A stretch of 64,000 nucleotides of DNA from Mobula hypostoma (taxonomy: Eukaryota), in the NCBI RefSeq assembly GCF_963921235.1, contig NC_086100.1, positions 201,874,001 to 201,938,000 of the forward strand, given 5' to 3'. Made by a program: the position numbers and the translations under genes. Shown piece by piece: positions 41,791-53,559 of the stretch; the stretch's first letter is position 1; each line of letters begins with the position of its first letter. Under the pieces are notes generated by a model. That model worked only from the letters and a program-made list of their open reading frames with translations. It was not told the DNA's origin and ran no database searches.

Positions 41791-41884
41791 CATTTATTTC
41801 ATCGTCTAAATCACCCAAAACCAACCTCTGCAGAACACAGCGAGTCACTGTCAGCCAACTGGACAAGGATCTTTTTATTTCTAC

Positions 41885-43335
41885 TCCCTGCCTTTTTCCA
41901 ATCAGCCAATACTCTAATCATGTTAATAATTTTCCTGTAATACCATGGGCGCTGAACTTGGTAAGCAGCCTCGTGTGTTGCGCCTTATTAAAGGCCTTCT
42001 GAAAGTCCAAATATACGACATTCACTGCATGCCTTTTATCTATCCTACTTGTAATCTCCTCAAAGAATTCCGACAGTTTCTTCAGACAGGATTTTCCCTG
42101 AAGGAAACCATGCTGACTTTGTACTTTCTTGTCCTGTGTCACCCTGTTCTTAACAATTGACTCTAACATCTTCCCAACCTGAGGTCAGGTTAACTGGTCT
42201 ATAATTTCCTTTCTGCTGCGTTCATCTTTTCTTAGAGTGGAGTGACATTTTGCCTAGTGGACTTGGCCTCCACCGAGTCTGTAGGAGAGTATTCCACAGA
42301 TTTACTACTCTGGCTTAAAAAAATTCCTCCTTACCTCTGTTCTAAAGGATCGTCCTTCAATTCTGAGGCTGTGCCCTCTAGTTCTGGATATCCCACCATG
42401 GGAAACATCCTCTCCACATCCACCACATCTAGTCCTTTCAACATTCTGTAGGTTTCAATGAGATCCCCCCACATTCTTCTAAATTCCAGTGACTACAGGC
42501 CCAAAGCTGCCAAACACTCCTCACATGTTAACCCCTTCATTCCCATGAATCATCCTTGTCATTGGAGAGACTCCAGAGGAGGTTCACATCCTTTCTGAGA
42601 TATGGATAGGGCCCAAAACTGTTGACAATACTCCAAGTGCAGCCTGACTAGAATCTTATAAAGGCCGAGCATTGTCGCCTTGCTTTTACATTCTCTTCCC
42701 CCTGAAATAAAAACCAACATTGCATTTGCCTTCTTTACCACAGACTCAACCTGTAAAGTAACCTTGTGGGAGTCTTGCACGAGGTCTGCTAAGTACCTCT
42801 GCATCTCTGATGTTTGAACCTTCTCCCCATTTAGATAGTAGTCTGCACTATTGTTCCTTTTCCCAAAATCCATTATCGTACATTTCCCTTTACAGAAACG
42901 ATGTTGACTTTGACTTATTTTATCATTAATCTCCAAGTACCTCAAAACTTTGTCCTTAATAATAGACTGCATCACTTTCCAACCACTGAGGTTAGGTTAA
43001 CTGGCTTCTAATTTCCTTTCTTTTGCCTTCCTCCCTTCTTAAACAGTGGAGTGACATTTGCAATCATCCAGTCCTCTGGGACATGCCAGAAACAAGTGAT
43101 TCTTGAAAGACCATGACTATTGCATCTGTTATCTCTTCAGCAACCACTCTCAGGACTCTGGGATGTAGTCCAGCTGGTCCAGGTGACTTATCCACCTTAA
43201 GACCTTTGAGTTTGCCTAGCACTTTTTCCTTTGTCGTAGCAATGGCACTCACTCCTGCCCCCTGACACTCATAGACTTCTGCCATACTGCTTGTGTTTTC
43301 CACCATGAAGAAGGATGTGAAGTACCCATTAAGTG
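41885..43335 (-). mobile_element. Cluster of decayed CR1 ORF2 fragments
   Basis: [65 protein letters not shown]. Confidence 0.88.
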
Positions 43336-44142
43336 CATAAAAACATAACAAATAGGAGCAGGAGTTGGCCATCTATCCCATCGAGCCTGCCCTGCCATTC
43401 AATAAGATCATGGCTGATCTGTCCGTAAACTCAGCTCCATCTACCTGCCTTTTCCCCATAACCCTTAATTCCCCTACTGTGTAAAAAGTCTATCTAACTG
43501 TCTCTTAAATATATTCAGTGAAGAAGCCTCAACTGCTTCCCTGGGCAGAAAATTCCACAGATTCACCACTCTCTGGGAGAAACAGTTTCTCCTCATTTCC
43601 GTCCTAAATCTTCTCCCCTGAATCTTGAGGCAATGTCCCCTAGTTCTAGTCTCACCTACCAATGGAAACAACTTTCCTACTTCTATCTAATCTATCCCTT
43701 TTAAAAATTTGTATATTTCTATAAGATCCCCTCTCATTCTTCTGAATTCCAGAGAGTATAGTCCCAGGCGACTCAATCTCTCCTCATAGGTTAACCCCTT
43801 CATCTCTGAAATCAACCTTTTGAACCTCCTCTGCACTGTCTCCAAAGCCAGTATATCCTTCCCCAAGTACGGAGACCAGAACTGCACACAGTACTCCAGG
43901 TGCAGCCTCACCAGTACCCTGTATAGTTGCAGCATGACCTCCCTGCTCTTGAATTCAATCCCTCTAGTAATGAAGGCCAACATTCCATTTGCCTTCTTAA
44001 TAACCTGTTGTACCTGCAAGCCAACTCTTTGCGATTCATGAACAAGCACTCCCAAGTCCCTCTGCACAACAGCATGCTTCAATCTTTAAATAATAATCTG
44101 CTCTTCTATTATTCCTTCCAAAGTGGATGATCTCGCATTTAC
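43336..44142 (-). mobile_element. Younger 5'-truncated CR1 inserted into an older CR1
   Basis: ORFs 43687..44082 and 43474..43671 (QRDLGVLVH..LHLEYCVQFWSPY..LGLYSLEFRRMRGDLI; TRGHCLKI..SQRVVNLWN), with its own tail at 43336-43385. Confidence 0.88.
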
Positions 44143-45330
44143 TGTTTGCCATTTCTCTGCCCCCCCCCCATTACTACCTCACCAGCATCATTTTCCAGTG
44201 ATCCAATATCAACTTTCACCTCCCTTTTACTTTTTATACAACTGAAAAAGCTTTTGGTATCCTGCTTTATATTATTGGCTAGTCTGCCCTCATATTACAT
44301 CTTTTCCCTCATTATAGCTTTTTTAGTTGCCCTTTGTTGGATTTTAAAAACTTCCCAATCATCCAACTTCCCATTCACTTCTACTACCTTGTATGCCCTT
44401 TCCTTGGCTTTTATACAGTCCTTAACTTTCCTTGTCAGCCATGGTTGCTTACCTCTGCCATTTGAGAACAACTTCTTCTGTGGGTTATAACCATCCTGTG
44501 CCTTGTGAACTATTCCCAGAAACTTCAGCCATCTCTGCTCTGCCATCATCCCTGCCAGTATCCTCCTCCAATCCACCTGGGCAAACTTCTTTCTCATGCC
44601 TCTGTAATTCCCTTTATTCCATTGCGATACTGATACATGTAACTTATGCTTCTCCTTCTGAAATTGTATATTATCATCACTGCCTCCTGTGGGTTCCTTT
44701 ACATTAAGCTCCCTAATAAGATCTGGGTTATCACACAACACTCAATCTAAGATAGCTTTTCCCCGAGTAGGCTGAAGCACAGGCTGTTCTAGCATTCAAT
44801 AAATTCCCTCTCTTGCATTCTGACACCAACCGGATTTTCCCAATCTGCTTGTATATTGAAGTCCCCATCATTACATTTATTACATGTCTTTTCCAGCTCC
44901 CTTTGCAATCTCAACCCCACACCTTGGCTATTATTTGGAGGCCTATATATGATTCCCAAAATGTTTTTTTACCCTTGTAATTTCTTAACTCCGCTCGCAG
45001 CGATTCAACATTCTCTGACCCTGTATCACCTCTTTCTAAAGATGTAATGCCATCTCTTACCAACTGACATACACCACCACCTTTGCCTTTCTGCCTGTCG
45101 TTTCGATACAAAGTATAGCCTTTGATGTTAAGCTCCCAACTACGGCCTTCTTTCAGCCACAGCTCAGTGATGCCCACAATGTCATACCAACCACCTTTAA
45201 TTGCGCCACAAGTTCGTCCACCTTATTCCAAATGCTACACGCATTTAACTACAGCACCTTCAGTCCTGTCTTCTTCACAGTTTTGAATTTTGCGTCTGGT
45301 ACAATTTAACTCTTTGCACTGTTGACATTT
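44143..45330 (-). mobile_element. Older CR1 ORF2 endonuclease/linker region, continuing the element broken at ~43335
   Basis: GITELWLKEGRSWELNIKGYTLYRNDRQKGKGGGV; WNKGNYRGMRKKFAQVDW; QPWLTRKVKDCIK. Confidence 0.82.
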
Positions 45331-45792
45331 GCATCCAGACATTGGCTTGTCCTTCCTTAAATTCTTGTTATACCCATCATCTGCTTGTAATCCTGCTGGA
45401 TCATACTGGTTCCTATCCCTCGTCCCAATCCACACTTGCCAGATCCTTTCTGATTCCTTCAAAGTTTAGAATCTCAATCTGCCTATCTTTTTCCTTATTT
45501 ACTTTGAAACTAATGGCATTGTGGTCACTACACAAGCTTCTATTACCTGCCCTGTCTCGTTCCCTAATAGGAGACCTAGTATCGCACATGGTCATATCTT
45601 GCTTATTCCTCAGTTCCACCCATAATGCCTCACTAGTTGTGCTGTCCTGACAGAGCACTGCCACGACATCTTCCCTGACCAGTAACGCAACTTGTCCCAC
45701 TTCAATGCCTCACACTCTATCACTTTAAAATCCCTACAACAGTCCTGTCCCTCCTGCAATCAAGTCTCACCAATGGCTACAATATCATAATT

Positions 45793-46570
45793 CATAGTCA
45801 TAGTCATATTTTATTAATCCCAGGGGAAATTGGTTTTCGTTGCAGTTGCTCCATAAATAATAAATAGTAATAGAACCATAAATAGTTAAATAGGAATATG
45901 TAAATTATGCCAGTAAATTATGAAATAAGTCCAGGACCAGCCTATTGGCTCAGGGTGTCTGAACCTCCAAGGGAGGAGTTGTAAAATTTGATGGCCACAG
46001 GTAGGAATGACTTCCTATGACGCTCTGTGTTGCATCTCGGTGGAATGAGTCTCTGGCTGAATGTACTCCTGTGCCCACCCAGTACATTATGTAGTGGATG
46101 GGACACATTGACCAAGATGGCATGTAACTTAGACAGCATCCTCTTTTCAGACAACACTGTGAGAGAGTCCAGTTCCATCCCTACAACATCACTGGCCTTA
46201 CGAATGAGTTTGTTGATTCTGTTGGTGTCTGCCACCAGCAAACATGATAGCACTGGCCACCACAGACTCGTAGAACATCCTCAGCATCATCCGGCAGATG
46301 TTAAAGGACCTCACTCTCCTCAGGAAATAGAGACGGTTCCGACCCTTCTTGTAGACAGCCTCAGTGTTCTTTGACCTGTCCGATTTATTGTCAATTCGTA
46401 TCCCCAGGTATTTGTAATCCTCCACCATTTCCACACTGACCCCCTGGATGGAAACAGGGGTCATCGGTACCTTAGCTCTCCTCAGGTCCACCACCAGCTC
46501 CTTAGTCTTTTTCACATTAAGCTGCAGATAATTCTGCTCACACCATGTGACAAAATTTCCTTCCGTAGCT
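45793..46570 (-). mobile_element. Rex1/Babar-type element, 5'-truncated 3' end
   Basis: WCEQNYLQLNVKKTKELVVDLRR..YKYLGIRID..RLYFLRRVRSFNIC..FYESVVAS; HPLH..RCNTERHRKSFLPVAIKFYN; short-repeat tail CATAGTCATAGTCATA at 45793. Confidence 0.85.
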
Positions 46571-47404
46571 GTAGGTGTTGATCCATGCCTTGAGATCATC
46601 TGCCTTTCCTATGATACTTCTTGCATTGAAATACACGCAGCTCAGGACACAAGTCACACCATGTTCAATCTTTTGATTCCTGACTTTGTCTGAGGTCTTA
46701 CCAACATCTGCCTCCATAACTGCTCCACTAGCTGTTCTGCCATTCTGGTTCCCATCTCCCTGCAACTCTAGTTTAAACCCCACCATGCAGCACCAGCAAA
46801 CCTCCCCACTGGGATATTAAGCCTGTTCCAGTTCAGACATAAACCATCCCTTCCATACTGGTCTCACCTTCCCTGGAAGAGAGCCCAATGATCCAAAAAA
46901 TCTTATGCCTTCCCTCATATACCAACTCCTTAGTCACATATTAAAATGTATAATCTTTCTATTTGTGGTCTCACTAGTACATGGCACGGGTAGCAAGCCC
47001 CTGTCCTTTAACTTAGCACTAAACTCCCTGAACTCACTTTGCAGGACCTCATCACCCTTCCTGCTAATGTCGCTGGTAACAATGTGGACCATGACCTCTG
47101 CTTGCACACTCTCCCACTTCAGAATGCTGTTGGCTCGATCTCAGATGTCGCTTACCCTTGCACCTGGGAGGCAATAAACCACCTGGGAATCTTGTTCTCG
47201 TCCACAGAATCTCCTGTCTGTTCCCCTAACTGATGAATCCCCTATCACTACAGCTCACCAAAGTGATATACCTGTTGTTGAGGGGGATGGACACAGGGGT
47301 ACTCTGCACTGGCTGCCTATCCCCTTCCCCTTCCTGACTGTCACCCAGTTTCCTGTGTCCTGTACCTTGGGTAGAACCACCTCTCTATATGTCCTATTTA
47401 TCAT

Positions 47405-48418
47405 CCATGCATGGAGGTCAGTGACCAGTGGTGTGCCTCAGGGATCTGTTCTGGAACCCCTTCTCTTTGTGATTTTTATAAATGGCCTGGATGAGGAAGT
47501 GGAGGGATGGGTTAGTACATTTGCTGATGAAACAAAGGTTGGAGGTGTTGTGGATAGTGTGGAGGGCTGTCAGAGGTTACAGTGGTCATTGATAGGATGC
47601 AAAACTGGGCTGAGAAGTGGCAGATGGAGTTCAACCCATATATGGTTCATTTTGGTTGGTCAAATATGATGGCAGAATATAGTATTAATGGTAAGACTCT
47701 TGGCAGTGTGGAGGATCAGAGGTATCTTGGGGTCTGAGTCCATAGGACACTCAAAACTGCTACACAGGTTGACTGTGTGGTTAAGAAGGTGTACGGTGCA
47801 TTCGCCTTGATCAACCATGGGACTGAGTTTAAGAGCCGAGAGGTAATGTTACAGCTATATAGGACCCTGGTCAGACCCCACTTGGAGTACTGTGCTCAGT
47901 TCTGGTCGTCTCACTACAGGAAGGATGTGGAAACTATAGGAAGGGTGCAGAGGAGATTTACAAGGATGTTGCCTGGATTGGGGAGCATGCCTTATGAGAA
48001 TAGGTTGAGAGAACTCGGCCTTTTCTCCTTGGAGCGACGGAGGATGAGAGATGACCTGATAGAGGTGTATAAGATAATGAGAGGAATTGATCGTGTGGAT
48101 AGTCACAGACTTTTTCCCAGGGCTGAAAAGGCTAGCATGAGAGGGCATAGTTTTAAGGTGCTGGGGAGTAGGTACAGAGGAGATGTCAGGAGTAAGTTTT
48201 TTACGCAGAGAGTGGTGAGTGTGTGGAATGGGCTGCCGGCGACGGTGGCGGAGGCGGATATGATATGGTCTTTTCAGAGACTCCTGGATGGGTACATGGA
48301 GCTTAGAAAAATAGTGGGCTATGGGGAACCCAAGGTAAGTTCTAAAGTAAGAACATGTTCGGCATAGCGCTGTGAACCGAAGGGCCTGTATTGTGCTGTA
48401 GGTTTTCTGTGTTTCTAT
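47405..48418 (+). mobile_element. 5'-truncated CR1 (RT C-half and 3' tail) nested in the minus-strand CR1 ORF1
   Basis: [36 protein letters not shown] 47777..48367 LVRPHLEYCAQFWS..FFTQRVVSVWNGLP; tail CCGAAGGGCCTGTATTGTGCTGTAGG..TTTCTAT. Confidence 0.9.
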
Positions 48419-48609
48419 CCCTTCAGCCTCCCGAATGATCCAGAGTTGACCGTGGATTGTTGGAAGCCGCAGCTGGATGCACTCCTTGCAGTTGTAGTCG
48501 TTAGGGACAGTGGATGTTTCCCTGCTGCAAAAGGAGAGACGAGGGGTGAAGGGGAGGGTGGGGAATACAGGCGAGCGTCCATGACCCACACTGACAAAGT
48601 GTTCCACAG

Positions 48610-48688
48610 GTACGGATGGAGCCGCCTCCAGTTATCAACTGAAACAGCTGGAGGAGCAGAACAGTCGGCTGAAGGAAGCTCTGGTCAG
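48610..48688 (+). CDS. DCTN1: DCTN1 exon, 79 nt: (G)[25 protein letters not shown](R)
   Basis: This frame is not reported in the ORF track; translated by hand. CACAG|GT..TCAG|GTCAGT, phase 1 to 2, fits both neighbouring exons. Confidence 0.95.
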
Positions 48689-48836
48689 GTCAGTGTCCCA
48701 AAAAGCAAACACTCACAATCGCACTCCCCCCCCAACCACTCTTTCCTGGGCTTTTCCCCGCCCACCCCTGCCCTGACCCCCTTCCCCCCTCTCTCTGCCC
48801 TCTCGCCCTCTGACTCTGACTCTGTGTGCCGGGTAG

Positions 48837-48996
48837 GATGCGGGACCTGTCAGCTTCGGAGAAGCAGGAACACAGCAAGCTGCAGAAGGCGATGGAGCGC
48901 AAAGCGTCGGAGCTGGAGAGCCTGAGGGTGCAGCGGGACAGACTGGAGGAGGAGCTGCGACAGGCTGAGAGCACCATCGACGAGCTGAAGGAGCAG
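48837..48996 (+). CDS. DCTN1: DCTN1 exon, 160 nt: (R)[22 protein letters not shown]...[11 protein letters not shown]
   Basis: GGTAG|GATG..GAGCAG|GTGTGT, phase 2 to 0. Confidence 0.95.
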
Positions 48997-49163
48997 GTGT
49001 GTCCGGGCTGGGCTGGGGCTGCTGTCCACGTGCCGCACGCCCTTTCACAGGACGGTGTGGGGCTGGGCATTGGCTGAGGGGCTGCAGTGGAGTGGAGTGT
49101 CTGGGGGAGTGGGATTGAGACTGAGAGTGAGGAGTACTGTGCTGACCTGACACTCTGTGCCAG

Positions 49164-49268
49164 GTGGATGCCGCGCTGGGGGCCGAGGAGATGGTGGAGA
49201 CCCTGACCGACAGGAACCTGGACCTCGAGGAGAAAGTGCGGGAACTGAGAGAGACAGTCAGCGACTTG
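49164..49268 (+). CDS. DCTN1: DCTN1 exon, 105 nt: [35 protein letters not shown]
   Basis: GCCAG|GTG..TTG|GTGAGT; hallmark [11 protein letters not shown] motif. Confidence 0.97.
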
Positions 49269-49724
49269 GTGAGTTCAAACGCCTGTTCCCGGGTCACCAC
49301 AGGGTCAGGGGTCATGTTTGACAGTGAAGACAGTCATCAAGAATCAGAGATATCTGAACCTGAGGGACAACTTTTACACCCAGGAAGGGGTCAGGGCTGT
49401 GACCCAGTGGGAGGGGTCAGTGTATCGAATGAGTTGTGGTTGGGGGTCAGGGCTGTGACCCAGTGGGACAGGGTTCGAGGTTGTGCCGGGACATCAGTGG
49501 AAGGAGGGGCGCGGGATAGTCGATGGTGAATCGGGAACAATCTCGGGGTTGGGCTGTGCTCCAGTATGAATCTGCTGTCCCCTACATGCCCAGAGAGGAA
49601 TTCTGACATGGCTGTGGTTACGGTACAGGGATAGGGGTTTGGGATTATTAGGAATGCGGGTCAAGTGCCAGTGCCGTGACCCAGTTGCTGCCATCCCACC
49701 CACTCCACCACCCCCCCTTTGTAG

Positions 49725-49916
49725 GAGGCCATTAACGAAATGAATGACGAGCTGCAAGAAAATGCGCGTGAGACGGAACTGGAGCTGCGTGAGCAGCTGG
49801 ACATGGGGGCTGCGCGTGTGCGTGAGGCACAGAGACGTGCAGACGCTGCACAGGAGACAGTGGCTGACTACCAACAGACCATCCACAAGTACCGCCAGCT
49901 CACCTCACAGCTGCAG
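49725..49916 (+). CDS. DCTN1: DCTN1 exon, 192 nt: [26 protein letters not shown]...[13 protein letters not shown]
   Basis: TTTGTAG|GAG..CTGCAG|GTAAAG, phase 0 to 0. Confidence 0.96.
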
Positions 49917-49929
49917 GTAAAGTCCTCAA

Positions 49930-51449
49930 ACACACACTCTACACCCCGGCACACTGCTCTCCCCCCCAGCACGCTGCTCTCCCCCCTCCCCCCCAGCACG
50001 CTGCTCTCCCCCCCAGCACGCTGCTCTCCCCCCTCCCCCCCAGCACGCTGCTCTCCCCCCCAGCACGCTGCTCTCCCCCCTCCCCCCCGGCACACTGCTC
50101 TCCCCCCCAGCACGCTGCTCTCCCCCCTCCCCCCCAGCACGCTGCTCTCCCCCCCCAGCACGCTGCTCTCCCCCCCCAGCACGCTGCTCTCCCCCCTCCC
50201 CCCCAGCACGCTGCTCTCCCCCCTCCCCCCCAGCACGCTGCTCTCCCCCCCAGCACGCTGCTCTCCCCCCTCCCCCCCAGCATGCTGCTCTCCCCCCCAG
50301 CACGCTGCTCTCCCCCCCAGCACGCTGCTCTCCCCCCCCCCGCACGCTGCTCTCCTCCCCCGGCACACTGCTCTCCCCCCTCCCCCCCCGGCACGCTGCT
50401 CTCCCCCCCAGCACGCTGCTCTCCCCCCTCCCGTACCGGCACGTTCCCACAAGTACCGCCAGCTCACCTCTCACCTGCAGGTATATCCTCAAACACACAC
50501 TCTACACCCTGGCACACTGCTCTCCCCCTCGGCACACTGCTCTCCCCCCCAGCACGCTGCTCTCCCCCCTCCCCCCCAGCACACTGCTCTCCCCCCCAGC
50601 ACGCTGCTCTCCCCCCTCCCCCCCAGCACGCTGCTCTCCCCCCTCCCCCCTGCTCTCCCCCCTCCCCCCAGCACGCTGCTCTCCCTCCCCAGCACGCTGC
50701 TCTCCCCCCTCCCCCCCAGCACGCTGCTCTCCCCCCCAGCACGCTGCTCTCCCCCCCAGCACGCTGCTCTCCCCCCCCCCCCGGCACGCTGCTCTCCTCC
50801 CCCGGCACGCTGCTCTCCTCCCCCGGCACACTGCTCTCCCCCCCAGCACGCTGCTCTCCCCCCTCCCCCCCAGCACGCTGCTCTCCCCCCCCGGCACGCT
50901 GCTCTCCCCACCCCGGCACGCTGCTCTCCCCCCCCCGGCACGCTGCTCTCCCCCCCCCAGCACGCTGCTCTCCTCCCCCGGCACACTGCTCTCCCCCCCA
51001 GCACGCTGCTCTCCCCCCCAGCACGCTGCTCTCCCCCCCAGCACGCTGCTCTCCCCCCAACACGCTGCTCTCCCCCCTGCCCCCAGCACGCTGCTCTCCC
51101 CCCAGCACGCTGCTCTCCCCCCTCCCCCCCAGCACGCTGCTCTCCCCCCCAGCACGCTGCTCTCCCCCCCAGCACGCTGCTCTCCCCCCCAGCACGCTGC
51201 TCTCCCCCCAACACGCTGCTCTCCCCCCAGCACGCTGCTCTCCCCCCTGCCCCCAGCACGCTGCTCTCCCCCCCAGCACGCTGCTCTCCCCCCTCCCCCC
51301 CAGCACGCTGCTCTCCCCCCCCAGCACGCTGCTCTCCCTCCCCCAGCACGCTGCTCTCCCTCCCCCAGCACGCTGCTCTCCCCCCCCCAGCACGCTGCTC
51401 TCCCCCCCCCCCAGCACGCTGCTCTCCCCCCTCCCGTACCGGCACGTTC
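49930..51449. repeat. C-rich minisatellite (CAGCACGCTGCTCTCCCCC[CTCCCCCC]), ~20-30-bp units, in two blocks
   Basis: Direct reading; the blocks are separated by a copy of the exon 3' end at 50447-50480. Confidence 0.93.
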
Positions 51450-51494
51450 CCACAAGTACCGCCAGCTCACCTCACACCTGCAGGTATATCCTCA

Positions 51495-52562
51495 AACACA
51501 CACTCTACACCCCGGCACGTTCCCCTCTCCCCACGCTCTACACCCCGGCACGTTTCCCTCTCCCCACACTCTACACCCCGGCACGTTCCCCTCTCCCCAC
51601 ACACTCTACACCCCGGCACGTTCCCCTCTCCCCACACACTCTACACCCCGGCACGTTCCCCTCTCCCCACACACTCTACACCCCGGCACGTTCCCCTCTC
51701 CCAACACACTCTACACCCCGGCACGTTCCCCTCTCCCAACACACTCTACACCCCGGCACGTTCCCCTCTCCCAACACACTCTACACCCCGGCACGTTCCC
51801 CTCTCCCAACACACTCTACACCCCGGCACGTTCCCCTCTCCCCACACTCTACACCCCGGCACGTTCCCCTCTCCCCACACTCTACACCCCGGCACGTTCC
51901 CCTCTCCCCACACTCTCTACACCCCGGCACGTTCCCCTCTCCCCACACACTCTACACCCCGGCACTTCTCCTCTCCCCACACACTCTACACCCCGGCACG
52001 TTCCCTCTCCCCACACACTCTACACCCCGGCACGTTCCCCTCTCCCAACACACTCTACACCCCGGCACGTTCCCCTCTCCCCACACTCTCTACACCCCGG
52101 CACGTTCCCCTCTCCCCACACTCTCTACACCCCGGCACGTTCCCCTCTCCCCACACACTCTACACCCCGGCACGTTCCCTCTCCCCACACACTCTACACC
52201 CCGGCACGTTCCCCTCTCCCCACACACTCTACACCCCCGCACGGTCCCCCCGCCCCACACGCTCTACACCCCGGCACGTTCCCCTCTCCCCACACAAACT
52301 ACACCCCGGCACGTTCCCCTCTCCCCACACACTCTACACCCCGGCACGTTCCCTCTCCCCACACACTCTACACCCCGGCACGTTCCCCTCTCCCCACACA
52401 CTCTACACCCCGGCACGTTCCCCTCTCCCCACACTCTCTACACCCCGGCACGTTCCCCTCTCCCCACACTCTCTACACCCCGGCACGTTCCCCTCTCCCC
52501 ACACTCTCTACACCCCAGCACGTTCCCCTCCCCCCTCCGGTACCCGGCACGTTCCCCCCTCC
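51495..52562. repeat. ~33-35-bp minisatellite (CACACTCTACACCCCGGCACGTTCCCCTCTCCC)
   Basis: Direct reading; the unit contains the intron-start sequence ACACACTCTACACCCCGGCAC seen at ~49931-49952. Confidence 0.93.
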
Positions 52563-52618
52563 CCTCCCACTGTGCAGTGTGCCATTTGTTGACCTGCTGC
52601 ACCTTGCCCCTGTCCCAG

Positions 52619-52735
52619 GAGGTGAACCGTGAGCTGATGAGCCAGCAGGAAGCCTCGGCCGAGCGGGAACAGCAGCCTGCCCCCGACATCATCGACTTCA
52701 AGATCAAGTTTGCTGAGACCAAGGCTCATGCCAAG
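52619..52735 (+). CDS. DCTN1: DCTN1 exon, 117 nt: [39 protein letters not shown]
   Basis: [35 protein letters not shown] hallmark. Confidence 0.97.
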
Positions 52736-52839
52736 GTAAGGTGACGTCCGCTCTCCCGCCAGTCGACTCTACTTCTAGCACTCGCCATATCCCCACCCCT
52801 CCTACACATCTCATCGCCCTGTGTATGAGATCGGAACCA

Positions 52840-53110
52840 GCCCACCAGTCCCTCCTTAAGCTGAAATATTCCATCCCAGGCAGTGTCCTGGTGAATCCCC
52901 TCTACACCCTCTCCAGGGCTGTCAGATACTTGGTGACCAAAACTGTACACAGTTTGCCAGCTGAGGTCTGACCAGGATTTTGTAACCTCCCTGCTCCTGT
53001 ACTCAGTACCACACCAATGCAGTTTAGTATCCCATTTGCCTTTTAACCAGGTTATCTACCTGAACTGCCACCTTCAACGACCTTTAGATTTGCAAACCAA
53101 GGGCCCTCCC
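52840..53110 (-). mobile_element. Decayed CR1 fragment
   Basis: + strand CCTGGTGAATCCCCTCTACACCCTCTCCA..ACCAAAACTGTACACAG..CCTCCCTGCTCCTGTACTC parallels 61420-61560. Confidence 0.7.
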
Positions 53111-53147
53111 CTCGTCAAGCAACCCCCCCTCCGACGCGGTCCCCGGT

Positions 53148-53535
53148 GTTGAGCTCCCTCACTCCCGGCTCTGTATGTGATGTGGTCCTTGTGTGGAGCT
53201 CCCTCACACCTGGCTCTGTGTGTGATGTGGTCCCTGTGTGGAGCTCCCTCACTCCCGGTTCTGTGTGTGATGTGGTCCCTGTGTGGAGCTCTCTCTCTCT
53301 CTCCCGGCTCTGTGTGTGATGTGGTCCCTGTGTGGAGCTCTCTCTCTCCCGGCTCTGTGTGTGATGTGGTCCCTGTGTGGAGCTCCCTCACTCTCGGCTC
53401 TGTGTGTGATGTGGTCCCTGTGTGGAGCTCCCTCACTCCCGGCTCTGTGTGTGATGTGGTCCCTGTGTGGAGCTCCCTCACTCCCGGCTCTGTGTGTGAT
53501 GTGGTCCCTGTGTTTGAGCTCCCTCACTCCCTGGT
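53148..53535. repeat. 45-bp minisatellite (TGTGTGTGATGTGGTCCCTGTGTGGAGCTCCCTCACTCCCGGCTC), about 8 copies
   Basis: Period 53401->53446. Confidence 0.92.
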
Positions 53536-53559
53536 CTGCGTGTAACGTGGCTCCACGCA

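Larger units (their letters stand above)
45380..48535 (-). mobile_element. Old CR1 5' portion (ORF1 zinc-finger and SGNH-esterase remnants plus ORF2 endonuclease), interrupted by two nested insertions
   Basis: Minus-strand remnants: PNDYNCKECIQL..IIREAEG (48420-48535), VYCLPGARV (~47155-47190), HWALFQG..RDG (~46845-46892), CVYFNARSIIGKADDLKAWINT (~46573-46640), EALWVELRNK and SDHNAISF. Confidence 0.72.

Noticed and set aside
49740..52744. 950-aa and 820-aa Pro-rich ORFs and antisense Gly-rich ORFs as standalone genes
   Set aside because: They are read-through from DCTN1 exons into stop-free C-rich minisatellites; canonical splice sites delimit the real exons.
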